From positions 4,894,472 through 4,958,471 of the forward strand of contig CAVNZM010000003.1 of assembly GCA_963693365.1 (NCBI GenBank): a DNA stretch of 64,000 nt, given 5' to 3'. The stretch is from Amoebidium appalachense (lineage: Eukaryota; Protista; Ichthyosporea). Below the pieces are notes generated by a model that did no database searches, was not told where the DNA came from, and was given only the letters and a program-made list of their open reading frames with translations. Shown here one piece after another: positions 33,656-45,730 of this stretch (its first letter is position 1; each line of letters opens with the position of its first letter). Position numbers and translations under genes: made by a program.

Positions 33656-36600
33656 TGTTGGATATTGTGTTCATAGAAGCTAGTTCTAGTGCACGTTGTT
33701 CCTTCTGTAAGTCAGAAATGATTGCATCTTGTGAGGCCAACCTCTGCTCCAGTAGTTGGACTAGTTGCTGCAACTGTAAGTTGTCAGACATAGTGTCGTG
33801 TATGATGGGTAACTAGTCTATGTGTTTTGTGCACTGGAAACGACAGTAGAAAAGTGTAAATCAAACGTTCTGCTTCCCATGTTTGTGACATGGGAGGCAC
33901 TGCTTTATATAGTCGTTGGCCACCTCATGGTGGCCTCGTGTGCACCCTGGTGGTGGGCCATGTACAGCATGGCCGAAAAGAGAGCACAATGAAAACAAGT
34001 CGTTAAAGATATAAAAGTTAACTGTGCACGTTGAGTGGCTAGTTAACTTGCACTAAAGCACACAAATAAACGTGTTTAACACACCAATTGCAGTTAAACG
34101 TAAATCTTGCTTCACACAACTAAAAATATTCTGAGAATATCCGGGAATAAAGCACACTACCACTCTAAGAATAGAATCCTGTGGCAAATATAGACATGAC
34201 ATCATCTGAACCGGGAATAGCCGAAAAGAGAGCACAATTAGCACGTTGCTAGTGAAGCTCGTCATTGGTACAGTTTTGGCTCAAACATATAACTACCATA
34301 TATGAATATGACCGTAAACAAAAGCTCTATGCACTCGAGTGAGTGTTGAAACAGTTATTCAATTGCTCAGAAACTTTCTCTAACAGACATTGCTAGCCGG
34401 GAGTACCAGTGTACTCCAACACCCCTACTCAATTGGATAATTGTGGTATGAATTAATGCAACTGAGCTCGAGTGCTTCAGGTGCACAAAATACAGACAAT
34501 AAAGATTCCCCTACTCAATTTTAGTATGGTACACGTAGTTGCACAGTCGGATGCAACTCTCTCCCCCCCCCTGAAGTATGAGGGCGCAGTTGGTTGATGA
34601 CGGGTGCTCAGCACATGTTGAGCATCCCCACGGCCTTGGTGAAGAAAGAGGCAGACAGGGCCTTGGTGAACATGTCGGCCTTGTTGTCAGCAGAAGCCAC
34701 CGGGACCACAGTGATGTTGCCCAGCAGGTGATGTTCCTTGACGGAGCAGTAGCGGACGTCGATGTGCTTGGTCTTGGGCTTAACCCCCAGGGTGTCCAGC
34801 AGGGCCCGGGCAGACTCATTGTCCCCATGGATGGGCACCGGGGTGGGCTCATTGATAGGATTAAGGCCCAGGTCGTCCATCACATAGTTGAGCCATAGGG
34901 CCTCGTTCGTAGCAGCAGACATGGCCACAAATTCAGCCTCAGTGGAGCTGTGGGTGGTGATGGACTGGAGCCGAGACACCCAGGACACAGGGGAGGAGTT
35001 GATGAAGAAGACATAGCCCGTGGTGGATCGCCGGGTGTCGCGGTCCTCGGCGTAGTCGGAGTCGGAGTAGCCAACAAGGTTGGGGGGGCCGGGACGGTAG
35101 ACAATACCCAGGTCGATGGTGGCCAGCAGGTAGCTTACAACTCTGGTAGCCATAGTCCAGTGGGTGACGGTGGGCGCATGAATGTGTCGAGTAAGGACTC
35201 CCAGAGCCTGGGAAATGTCGGGGCGGGTGGTACGCGCAATCCACAGCAGGGCACCGACCAGGCTGGCATAGTCCTCCTTCTTGCTGTAGGCTGGGGTCTT
35301 GTTGCTTTCACTGGCCTGGCCCGGGACGATGGGGGTCTTGGTGCCGGACATGTGGGTGAGACGAAAACGGGCAGCCAAGTCGATGATGTGTTGACGATGG
35401 CCCAGACGCAGAGACCCGTCCTCCAGCCAGGTAAGAGTGTGCCCGATGAGCAGGGTAGGACGACCCAGGTCCTTGGCAGAGAAACGAGCATCCAGCTTGG
35501 TGAAAAAATCGTCGATGAGCGCATCAGTGGCGGCCGTCACGGTGAAGTCATCCACGTAGGCAGCAAGGGCAATAAACGTTGGGGTCCCGGCATTCTTGAT
35601 GAACAGGCACGGGTCAGCAGCACTCACAATGAAGCCTTGGTCGAGGAGATGGTCACGGAGGGCCTCATACCACTGGCGCGGTGCCTGTTTTAGGCCGTAG
35701 AGCGCCTTGTGGAGCAAGCCGACAGCATGGGGGGCCGAGGGGTTGACGAAGCCAGGGGGCTGCTCAATGTAGATGGTCTCGTTGACGGTGCCGTTGAGGA
35801 ATGCTGTGTTGACGTCGATGTGGCGCAGAGGCAGACCTTGGGCCACGGAGGTAGCCAAAACCAGCCGGATGGTAGCCAGCGCAGCCACAGGTGACTCGGT
35901 GACGAAATAGTCCTGGCCAGGCTGCTGGTAGTTGCCCCGGGCCACAAGCCGGGCCTTGAAAGCAGTGACGTTGCCGACGTTGTCCTGCTTGACCGTAAAG
36001 ACCCAGCCGACCGGAATGACAGTGGGGCCATCCTCTGGACGGGGCACAAGGGTGAAGGTGCCGTTGTCTTCCAGGGCCTTGAGCTCACGGTGTGCAGCCT
36101 CCTCCCATTTCAGACGCTGGGGACTCTTGAGTGCAGCCCGGACAGTCTTGGGGACAACAATGGTGGAAGCCTTGATGGGTGTTGATGCAGGAGCCGTAGC
36201 CTGGGGGGCAAGGGGGGCCGTAGCAGCAGCCACGTTGGCAGTCGGGCCTCGACGTTGGTCGTTGTACACAGCGCCACTACGGGTCGTCCGGGGGAGCCGA
36301 TGTGCAGGCTCGGGCAGGATCGGAATGTCCAATTGATCACTCGGCGCTGTCCCATTGGCTGACAGACGAGACGAATCAGATTGCTGATCATTCCGGACGA
36401 TGTGATTGGCTGGCTGATTTGACGAATCAGATGACTCCAAAAAATGATGAATTGCCGGTGCGGTCGACCAATCAGATGGGACATCACGGAGGGGGTGCAG
36501 AATAGCAGCCTCGTCGAACTGCACGTCACGGCTGACGGTCATCTTGTGTGCTGCTGGAATCCAGACCTTGTAGCCCTTGATGTTAGGAGGGTAGCCCACG

Positions 36601-39540
36601 AAGATGCCCTTGACGGCACGAGGCGCCAGTTTCGGTGTATCCTGTTGATGGACGTAGCAGGGAGAGCCCCAGACACGGAGCCGGCTGTAGTCGGGAGGAA
36701 TGCCGGTCCACAGCAGGGCGGGAGACGATTGGCTGCCGGTGGCTCGCGACGGGAGCATGTTGCGTATAAAAGCCGCGGTCACAGCTGCCTCGGCCCAGAA
36801 TCCCACCGGAAGGCCGGACTGCTGCAGGAGTGCCCGAACCATGTCGAGGAGGGTCCGGTTCAGTCGTTCGGCAGTCCCATTCTGTTGAGGAGAGCCGGTG
36901 GTAGTGATCTGATGGCGAATGCCATGCTCACGGTTGTAGTCCCCGAAGGCCGTGCCCATGTACTCGCCCCCCCGTCGGACTGAAACACCTGCATGGGAAC
37001 ACCGTGTTGGGTAACCGCCGCCTTGTGGTACGTCACATATGCAGCCAGTGTGTCCGACTTCTTGACGAGGGGCACGGCCGTGGTGTGGCCGGTGAATTCG
37101 TCGTGGAACGTCGCCAAGTACTGAGCACCACCGATCGCGGGAGGGAAGGGGCCGCTGATGTCGCTGTGAACCTTGGCTAGGACCCGGGGAGCTTGGCTAG
37201 TTGATTCGGAGAAGGCAACACGGTGGGCTTTGCCGAGGGCACAGGGCTCACACACACCCGGAGACTTGGCACCGCCACCCACCAACAGGCCTGCAGACTT
37301 GATGACCGAGCGTACAGCGTCAATGCCAGCATGGCCCAGACGGTAGTGCCACGTGTTGAGGTCGGCAGTAACCTTGAGGATACGCGGAGCAGTGGTGGTT
37401 TGGGCGTCCGGGGTTGTGTCCGCGCGCAGAAGAGACACCGCCATGTGGTACAGCTTGGTGCCGACAGCCGAGCCGGTGGCCAGAATTTGATCGCCATAGC
37501 ACAACTTAACGCCGCCGCGGGTGTCAAAGCGGGGTAAAACACAGTTGGTAGTTGCCGTGAACACACTGATGAGAGTGTCGGGGATGGAGGGCACGTAGAG
37601 TACATCCGTCAGCTGATGCACCGCAGTAACGCCGTCGATGGTGCTGGAAAAGAACACGTCGCCCACCCCAAGCACTGCACATGCACCCTTGTCGGCTACT
37701 TGGACCGTGGAGTAAGGCGCCGCACGCATGTTGATGAACACATCGGGCCGGGGGCACACATGGTCAGTGGCTCCAGAGTCGAGGAGCACCTTGTTGGTGC
37801 CACAGTCGTTGCTAGACATGAGGGAAGCCCGGGGAGCGGCAGCCCCCCCTTGCACTGTGCCGTAGTGTGGGTAGTAGAGGCAGGGTGGTTGATGCAGGAC
37901 CCAGGCGGGAGGGGACCACCCTTAGGTTTGCGGCCGTTGGCACGGTTGCCCCCCTTGCACATGGCGGTAGTGTGACTGGTAGACAGTGGGTGGTTGACGC
38001 AGGAACCCTTGGGGTAGGTGCTGGCACGGTTGTTGCCAGAGTTGCTGTGTTGGCCGTTGCCGTTGGGGCACTGAGACTTGATGTGGCCTGGTTTGCCGCA
38101 GCCGTGGCAGATGACAGGTTGAGGAGCCCGTGTGGTGAAGGCGGCCGGCCCGGAGCTGGTAGTCACACGTGCACGTGGGTGGCTGGTCTCATATGCCCGT
38201 AGCTGTTGGAGGAGGCCCATCACGGTAGGCTTGGGTGTCATCTTGTAGGCAATTACAGGCATTTCGTAGTAAGGCACCTTGCCGAGGTCGTTGGTGAGCT
38301 TGGTCAGCACTTGAGCATCACCAATTTGTGTGCCGTAATCGGCCAGGCGCCGCACGTAGCCGCGGAGTTTCATGGCGTATTTCGTCGCGGTGTCCGTAGG
38401 TTCAGGCGTAGAATTCATGTACAGCCCGATAAGGTCGTACTGATTGGCCTCAGATTGCTCCAGGTAGTGGGCAGATAGGGCCGACCATATCTCCGCAGGT
38501 GTGGTGGTGCGTGTTAACCCTAGGATACAACGCACGTCAACCGAGAGTGCTTGCCACAGGTAGGAACGGGCAGTGTCGACCTGTTCACGGGTAGCCGGGT
38601 GCTCCGTACTGGGCGCGATGGTGTGGAGAAGACCAGCACCAGAAAGCTGGACATACATGGTTTCGGCCCATGTGTGGTAGTCCGTGCCTGAATCATTATC
38701 AATGCCAGTGAAGAGAGGGATGTCGACCTTGAACTTGATGGAATCATTACGTGAGGGGCCCATAACCCTGTTGGACATTGTGTTCATAGAAGCTAGTTCT
38801 AGTGCACGTTGTTCCTTCTGTAAGTCAGAAATGATTGCATCTTGTGAGGCCAACCTCTGCTCCAGTAGTTGGACTAGTTGCTGCAACTGTAAGTTGTCAG
38901 ACATAGTGTCGTGTATGATGGGTAACTAGTCTATGTGTTTTGTGCACTGGAAACGACAGTAGAAAAGTGTAAATCAAACGTTCTGCTTCCCATGTTTGTG
39001 ACATGGGAGGCACTGCTTTATATAGTCGTTGGCCACCTCATGGTGGCCTCGTGTGCACCCTGGTGGTGGGCCATGTACAGCATGGCCGAAAAGAGAGCAC
39101 AATGAAAACAAGTCGTTAAAGATATAAAAGTTAACTGTGCACGTTGAGTGGCTAGTTAACTTGCACTAAAGCACACAAATAAACGTGTTTAACACACCAA
39201 TTGCAGTTTAACTTAAACGTAAATCTTGCTTCACACAACTAAAAATATTCTGAGAATATCCGGGAATAAAGCACACTACCACTCTAAGAATAGAATCCTG
39301 TGGCAAATATAGACATGACATCATCTGAACCGGGAATAGCCGAAAAGAGAGCACAATTAGCACGTTGCTAGTGAAGCTCGTCATTGGTACAGTTTTGGCT
39401 CAAACATATAACTACCATATATGAATATGACCGTAAACAAAAGCTCTATGCACTCGAGTGAGTGTTGAAACAGTTATTCAATTGCTCAGAAACTTTCTCT
39501 AACAGACATTGCTAGCCGGGAGTACCAGTGTACTCCAACA
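33656..39540 (-). mobile_element. Full-length Ty1/copia LTR retrotransposon inside a DOHH intron
   Basis: Near-identical LTRs 33656-34421 and 38769-39540 (TGTTGG...CCAACA); 5-bp TSD CAACC; PBS GGTTATGGGCCC (copia/Ty5-type, half tRNA-iMet); PPT GAGTAGGGG. Confidence 0.97.
34608..38904 (-). CDS. Copia Gag-Pol (Gag, CCHC knuckle, protease, GAG-pre-integrase, integrase, RT, RNase H) in three frames joined at two G7 runs
   Basis: CHGCGKPGHIKSQC; LLDSGATDH; WHYRLGH..CEPC; HSDISGP; SPQQNGTAERLNRT; KARLVARG; LYGLKQAPRQW; YVDD; YSDSDYA; KHIDVRY. Confidence 0.93.
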
Positions 39541-39545
39541 CAACC

Positions 39546-39576
<31 letters not shown>

Positions 39577-40197
39577 AAAAAAAAAAAGGCCGGTGAAGCG
39601 CTTGCAGCCCTGGGCAAGGCGGAGTTCATTCCTCTGATGAAGGAACACGTGAATGACCCGTGTGTGGAGGTTGCTGAGACGTGCACGATTGGGTTAAAGA
39701 GGCTGGAGTGGCTGCATAACCCAGAGAGGAAGGAGGGAGTGGATGTACGTGGGTGTACACGGGCACACAAACTTACACATGCATATGCACATGCGCGTAC
39801 AGGCACAAATTAGCACAGACAGATGCACGCATGGGTAAACAGGCACACCGGCACACGGCATATTGACACATGTTGATGCACACACCATTGCACACAATTG
39901 CACATACACACACGCGCACACACACACACAGCTAGACAAACGCATGCACACGAATAGGCTACCTGTTGCTTCACATGCACACATCACACGGGTGTGTGCA
40001 TGCACACATAAATGCACACAAGCATACAAATAGGGCTCCCACCTGTACACCTTCCAATATGCTCCCTGATTGTAAAAGAGAACCCCCCCACCCCCCACCC
40101 TTTTCATCCGATTTTTTCCCCTCACATCACTCAAACTATCCGATTCTGTGTTGTATGGTTGTGGGATTCCTCCTCTCCCCCCCCCCCCCCCCCCAAT

Positions 40198-40267
<70 letters not shown>

Positions 40268-40952
40268 TAGTTTGGTGTTAGGATTTCATATCTTGCTTTA
40301 TCATGGGCTTTGTTTTTGATTTGTGTCTTTCGTTACTCTGTAAGACACAGGCCAACCCCCCCCCCCCCCCCCCCCTTCCCCCGGGGCGCCTTGGAATGTA
40401 TTCTTTCAAGTTTATAAGTCTCTATTCTCCTCCCTTCTTTTAATCACCACACGCTAAACACCTAATCTTTCAATTCTCATTCCCGACGCCTAGAAATAGA
40501 AATAGAAAAAGTCACTAACCCTTACCTTTACAGTCAGGGACCCTACTTCAGTGTTGATCACTACACACTAGAATACCTTTGTTTTCCCCAGTCTCCTTCC
40601 ACTAGGTTAGTACCCCACCACTCACTAACATTAACCCTTTCACCCCCCTCAGTCAGGGCCCCTACTACAGTGTTGATCCTGCCCCCCCATCCACGGACAA
40701 AGACATTGAGATCTTGCGGGCCAAACTTATGGACACCAATTTGAATCTCTTTGAGAGGTACCGCGCACTGTTTGCACTCCGCAACATCGGCAACTCGGAG
40801 AGCGTGCTGGTGTGTGCTTATCCCCCTCCCCCCCCTCCCCCCCCCCCCCCCCCCCTCCCCCCCTGCCCCCCTGCCCCCCTTCCCCCTTTTTATTACTACC
40901 TCTCCTTCCCCCCCCCCCCCCCCCCCACCCCCTCGTATATTACGCGGGCTAA

Positions 40953-41117
40953 GGGGTCGAAACTCAGACGCAATTGATGACTTGGGCCCTCCCTGAGGAT
41001 GGGCTCTGCTTATGACGCATACTGTGAGTATGGCTGATGTTGCATACTTGAATGTTTGCCTTTGCATGTGTCCTTCGTGTATGCGTACTTCGTACCGTGT
41101 TCCGCATTCAAACCCCC
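40953..41117 (+). repeat. Dispersed intronic element, copy B (in a DOHH intron)
   Basis: Shares GGTCGAAACTC, GATGA, CCCTGAGGATGGGCTCTGCTTAT and GTACTTCGTAC...CGCATTCAAACCCC with the reverse complement of 161-318. Confidence 0.75.
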
Positions 41118-41174
41118 CCACCCCGCCCCCCCGCCCGCCCGCCAAAAATAAAAAAGAAAGGGGGGGGGGTGGGA

Positions 41175-41205
<31 letters not shown>

Positions 41206-41254
41206 AAGAAACGAAAGAAAATGGGGGAACAACTTCACTTTCATCACCTGCATG

Positions 41255-42370
41255 TGTTGGAAGTAGAGTCCGCTGTGACTAGGCCCTCGTCGTGGCGCGC
41301 TTGGGCGCTGACCCGTTTTTTACTGCTTTCAGTGTGTTAACTCCATGACTGAACTCCATGTCTTTACTCCATGACTGAACTCCATGTCTGCACCTGGCAG
41401 AGACGTGGCTTATATACCCGTGGGGCAGCAGTCTGGAATGTAATCCGGATGCCAGGCGCTAATCGGATTGGTTACTTTCATTTAGATATCTCTGGGACCA
41501 GTGAACCAATCGTTTGCAGTTAAAACACAATTGGCAACATTCCTCAACTATGCAGATGTGCATGTGGTGATCGAGTGTCAGCATGTGTCTATGTACACGG
41601 AACCAATTGTAAAGCTAACATACACATATAGTGGAGTGAGCGTAAGTCTGCACTCCAACACCCCTACCCAATTGGAGAAGTGTACACACCACTAGAGAAG
41701 AGAGAGTGAGTGTGGCTGCTTGCAGGGTAGACCGGGGTGTGCATTCCACTGTGGTGCGTGCCCCGCCAATGAAGTGGAATACTTGACGTTGATGTCGCAG
41801 GCTGCTGCGGATGGAGTTTGTGGAAGCGAAAGTCTCTACTTCACGGAAATACGCTCGCGGGTGTAGGGTACAGCCTAGAAGTCGGTTTCTGGGCTCCTCC
41901 GTTCAAGGCGTCGTAGGGGACGTGAAGTTAGAGGCCGCGGTGTCGTGTCTGGGCCCATAACCCTGTTGGAAGTAGAGTCCGCTGTGACTAGGCCCTCGTC
42001 GTGGCGCGCTTGGGCGCTGACCCGTTTTTTTACTGCTTTCAGTGTGTTAACTCCATGACTGAACTCCATGTCTTTACTCCATGACTGAACTCCATGTCTG
42101 CACCTGGCAGAGACGTGGCTTATATACCCGTGGGGCAGCAGTCTGGAATGTAATCCGGATGCCAGGCGCTAATCGGATTGGTTACTTTCATTTAGATATC
42201 TCTGGGACCAGTGAACCAATCGTTTGCAGTTAAAACACAATTGGCAACATTCCTCAACTATGCAGATGTGCATGTGGTGATCGAGTGTCAGCATGTGTCT
42301 ATGTACACGGAACCAATTGTAAAGCTAACATACACATATAGTGGAGTGAGCGTAAGTCTGCACTCCAACA
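41255..42370 (-). mobile_element. TRIM-like non-autonomous LTR retroelement
   Basis: ~406-bp near-identical LTRs 41255-41660 and 41964-42370; 303-bp interior; TSD GCATG; PBS GGTTATGGGCCCAG; PPT GGGTAGGGG. Confidence 0.95.
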
Positions 42371-42489
42371 GCATGCACACACACGCACACGCGAAGCGCT
42401 CGCCTAATTGCACGTACACACACACAAACACAGATATGCACACTTCCCCCCCTCCCCCCCTCCCCCCCCCCCCCCCCCCAAAAAAAAAA

Positions 42490-42520
<31 letters not shown>

Positions 42521-42539
42521 AGAAAAATTAGAAAAACAT

Positions 42540-43000
42540 CAGCCATTTTACGGCACTCACAATGCTTTTACACGCTACTCCCGCTGAAACATATTTGACA
42601 CGATGTGAAGCTTACCCTTTGCACAAGCGATCCGTGTCGTGAGGAGCTTGCGGAAATCAATACCCCGTGCAGTAAAAGGAATACCCAAATAGTCATAGGT
42701 GCTCTGAACAGGAATAGGAAGACCGGCCAATCGAAAGGAAGCGTTTTTCGAAAAAGTAGCACACTTTGCAATTCCGACTGTCATGAGATTCTCGGTGCAC
42801 CATTGATCCACCTGACGAAGCATCAGGTGCATGACATCTTCGGTTATGGAACAAAGAACAATATCGTCCGCAAAATGGAGACCCGGTACACGGCGGGCAT
42901 GCAGTTGGCCAAAGGGTTCGAGGGCGCAGGCTAAATCGTCAATGAAAACTGACATATACTAATCCGTCTCAGCAGATCAGCCTAAGTCTACGATCGAGAT

Positions 43001-43032
<32 letters not shown>

Positions 43033-44270
43033 GGCCCGGGTCCACAGATCATCAAGATCAAGTCCGGGGCCTCAAGATAGCTGAACAGCTGCGTGCATCT
43101 TGCCTCTGCCGGCGCAGGGCATTGGACCACGTCAGCCGGGACAGCCGTCCAATAGAATTCTAATTAGTGTGTAGGATAGATCGTAGGAGGACTTAGGAAT
43201 GTGATTGTTCGGGCAGAAGCCCTTTTGTAAGTATTGGCAAGGTTAGATAGTGTATGTTGCCAAACGTATTTATATATGTAGATGTAGAGGAAAGGGGGGG
43301 AGGGAGGGGGGGGGAGGATAGTATGAAATGTAGATTTAGACTCTGCGGTGCCACTAGGGGGAGGGTGAGGGGTGAGACTTGGATAAATATATTAGTTGAG
43401 TAGATCGACTTAGCTCGTGCAGGCGCACGATAAAAGTAGATCGGAATGTTAATGGAATGTGGCATCGTAGGGGGCCAGGTGATGATGATCTTGTAGGGCA
43501 CGGCCTTGATGGCCTCAGTCGTAACTTAGACTCATTCCGTTCGGATCTAAGTTTGCCCGTCGGAGCCTGGTCTTAATAAACTTTACCGTTTTTCTGTACA
43601 CGTTCGTTCCTTTTCGTGTGTGTACACTTAGTAGAGTGCCGCGTCTCTAGTACACATATATTAGGATACGACAAAAACGTCAAACAACAACGGACTCAGG
43701 AGGGACCCCTGCAGAAGACCCCGAGAATGGGAAAAACGGGGTGTTAATGTTCCATTGACCGCCGCTCGTCCGCGAGTGGTATCGAACAGCGCTTGCAGAA
43801 GACGGCCAAGGGGGGCTGGTAAGCCCCGCATAGCCAGCTTATGCCATAACAAACCAGTGGGTACGGTGTCGTAGGCGTTCTTAAGGTCGATGAAGACACC
43901 GTGCGGAGAGCCAGAAGTAATGGATTCATGGAGTAACAGGCTGTGAGTATAACACGAATAGGCATGACAAAAGCCCCCTTGAAGGGAAGAAAGACGGAAC
44001 ACGGCGTTTAAAGAATCATCGGTGTTAAACGCGCGAAGCATGCAACCCTCGAAGAGCCGACGAAAAACGTTGGTAAGTGTGACGGGACGAAAGTCGTTAA
44101 TGACCCCCTGCGATACCTTCTTACGAACGGGCGTAACGATTGTGTCAAGCCACGAATTTGGAATAAACCCAAGTTCGAAAAAAGCCGAAAAAAAACTCAC
44201 TAAGAAGGACAGCAAAAGGCGGGGGCGGGGGGGACTCTGCACGATTACGGGGCGGAAGCACGAGAAAGAA
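42540..44270 (-). mobile_element. LINE reverse transcriptase region (5'-truncated), interrupted by a solo LTR
   Basis: FRPVTLTNVFRRLFE, QGGF, FIDLKNAYDTV, GLLQGSLLSPLLF, FADDIVL, YDYLGIPF; removing 42950-43673 plus one TSD restores ...PLLFDVFIDDLA... Confidence 0.9.
42950..43673. mobile_element. Solo LTR (724 bp) of a third LTR family
   Basis: TG...CA ends (TGACATAT / ATACGACA), 5-bp TSD AAAAC, internal AATAAA near 43575; precisely splits the LINE RT. Confidence 0.85.
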
Positions 44271-44271
44271 C

Positions 44272-44860
44272 CTTAAAGAGCGTGAATAATTATGTCGACC
44301 TGATGTAAACTTCGTGTATGGGTACACTATGTAGCAGGAAATAACTCAAAAGAACCAAAAGGTGACTGACTACCTAAGTTAGAAATGTAGGTTTGTTGAG
44401 TAAAATACCGCAAAATTATGATTATGAGCTGTGTCCACGAACAGTTGGGGTTGCGCGCCACTATTTATTGCTACGGACCAAGCTTGTGTCTGCAGGTCTA
44501 AATATAGCTACGACTCACGGGGTATTATGTCATCCCTGAACAATGGCTAATATACATCATGATAAAGGGGTAATTCATTGGATCACGTTTACTGTTAAAG
44601 CTTTTATTCTGTTTTACTACCCCTGGTGGGTGCACCAACGGCGCTGATAGCCCACATATGCATAAAGCGATTTATATTAGCAGGTGATTTATTTAAAACA
44701 ACTGTCTCAGATACATTTATTTTAGATGGCGGCATGCCATCTCTGGTGGTCTGTGTAGAGTTCATGCTTCATAGTTCATGCCAGTTTTGCATATCATGCC
44801 TGCGTGGATTTCTTTTTTTACAGAATTGTAAAACCTAAATAAAATCCAATTTTTACCAAT
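44272..44860. repeat. Diverged paralog of the TAT upstream region 54520-55150 (displaced upstream region of the pseudogene copy)
   Basis: Collinear blocks TAAAGAGCGTGAATAA, GGGGTATTATGTCATCC, GCGGCATGCCA.CTCTGGTGGTCTGTGTA, TAAAACCTAAAT. Confidence 0.8.
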
Positions 44861-45730
44861 CCCAGGACTCGTGTTGTTCTCTGCTGGGGACCTTCGCGCA
44901 TGCTTGCGCATTCGGCCTTTTCAAGCCTATAGGCTCTCCCATTGTGTCGATTTGTATAGCTTCTTTTGTAGCAATTACACCATACATAATTTGCTTAGAC
45001 TCTGAAGTGGCCTCCAAATTGGCTCCAGTTAGATCAAGGTTTAAATCTGCTTCGCTCAATGAAGCCTCGTTATGATTGGAGTACGTTTTCAGTGAAAGGT
45101 CCAAAGCCATCGTCTGATTGGCCGTCATGTCATCCTTTTGTTTTCTGACTGGCTTTCTATTGAATGAAGTCCACCAATCAAAATGAAAAGCCAGGGTGTG
45201 AAATTCGCTTTTTGGCTGGTGCCATTTTAGCACCTTTTCTTCTGCCTGGATGGCCCTATTTTCTTTAGAGCCATCAACGGTTTTTTGGGGGTGATTTGGT
45301 CACATTTCGTGGACCTAACCTTAAAAAAGTTAAGGACTTTTTTCGGGGTTTCAGGGGCAATTCGCCGGCTCAGGTCTTGGATTCTTTTTTTTGGTATGAG
45401 CCCGAGGTACATACCGGTGGCACTTGTGGGCCTCGGCCGGGCGGGTGGGAGGGGGGGACTCCGCCTCCGGGCCCCGGGGGAAGGGGGGAGGGGGGGGCGG
45501 GGGGGGGGGAGGGAGGGGGCGGAGGGAGGAGGTAGGAGAGAGGGAGATAGGAAGGGACACCGGCAAGGGCTGAAGTATATTCGATTTCTTTACAACAAAC
45601 TCTCAATTACTACATACCAAATGCGGATGTGCCACAAAATATCGTACAAATCAACTATACGGTATAAGATTTAGAAGTGATAGAGGATCTGGACCTCTTA
45701 CTGGCCACCCAATATATTAACTCTTTAAAT

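Larger units (their letters stand above)
32575..40809 (+). pseudogene. DOHH: Deoxyhypusine hydroxylase internal exons: ~32575-32628, 39589-39744, 40657-40809; N-terminal and following exons not found in order
   Basis: HLISILKDTKQEPVVRHE | AGEALAALGKAEFIPLMKEHVNDPCVEVAETCTIGLKRLEWL.. | GPYYSVDPAPP..FERYRALFALRNIG are characteristic DOHH HEAT-repeat motifs; splices are in frame. Confidence 0.85.

Noticed and set aside
34511-38929. Antisense and alternative-frame ORFs over the copia element
   Set aside because: Shadow ORFs from GC-rich codon bias
44853-45430. Two adjoining minus-strand ORFs (61 and 126 aa)
   Set aside because: No recognisable domain; possibly a decayed TE or gene fragment
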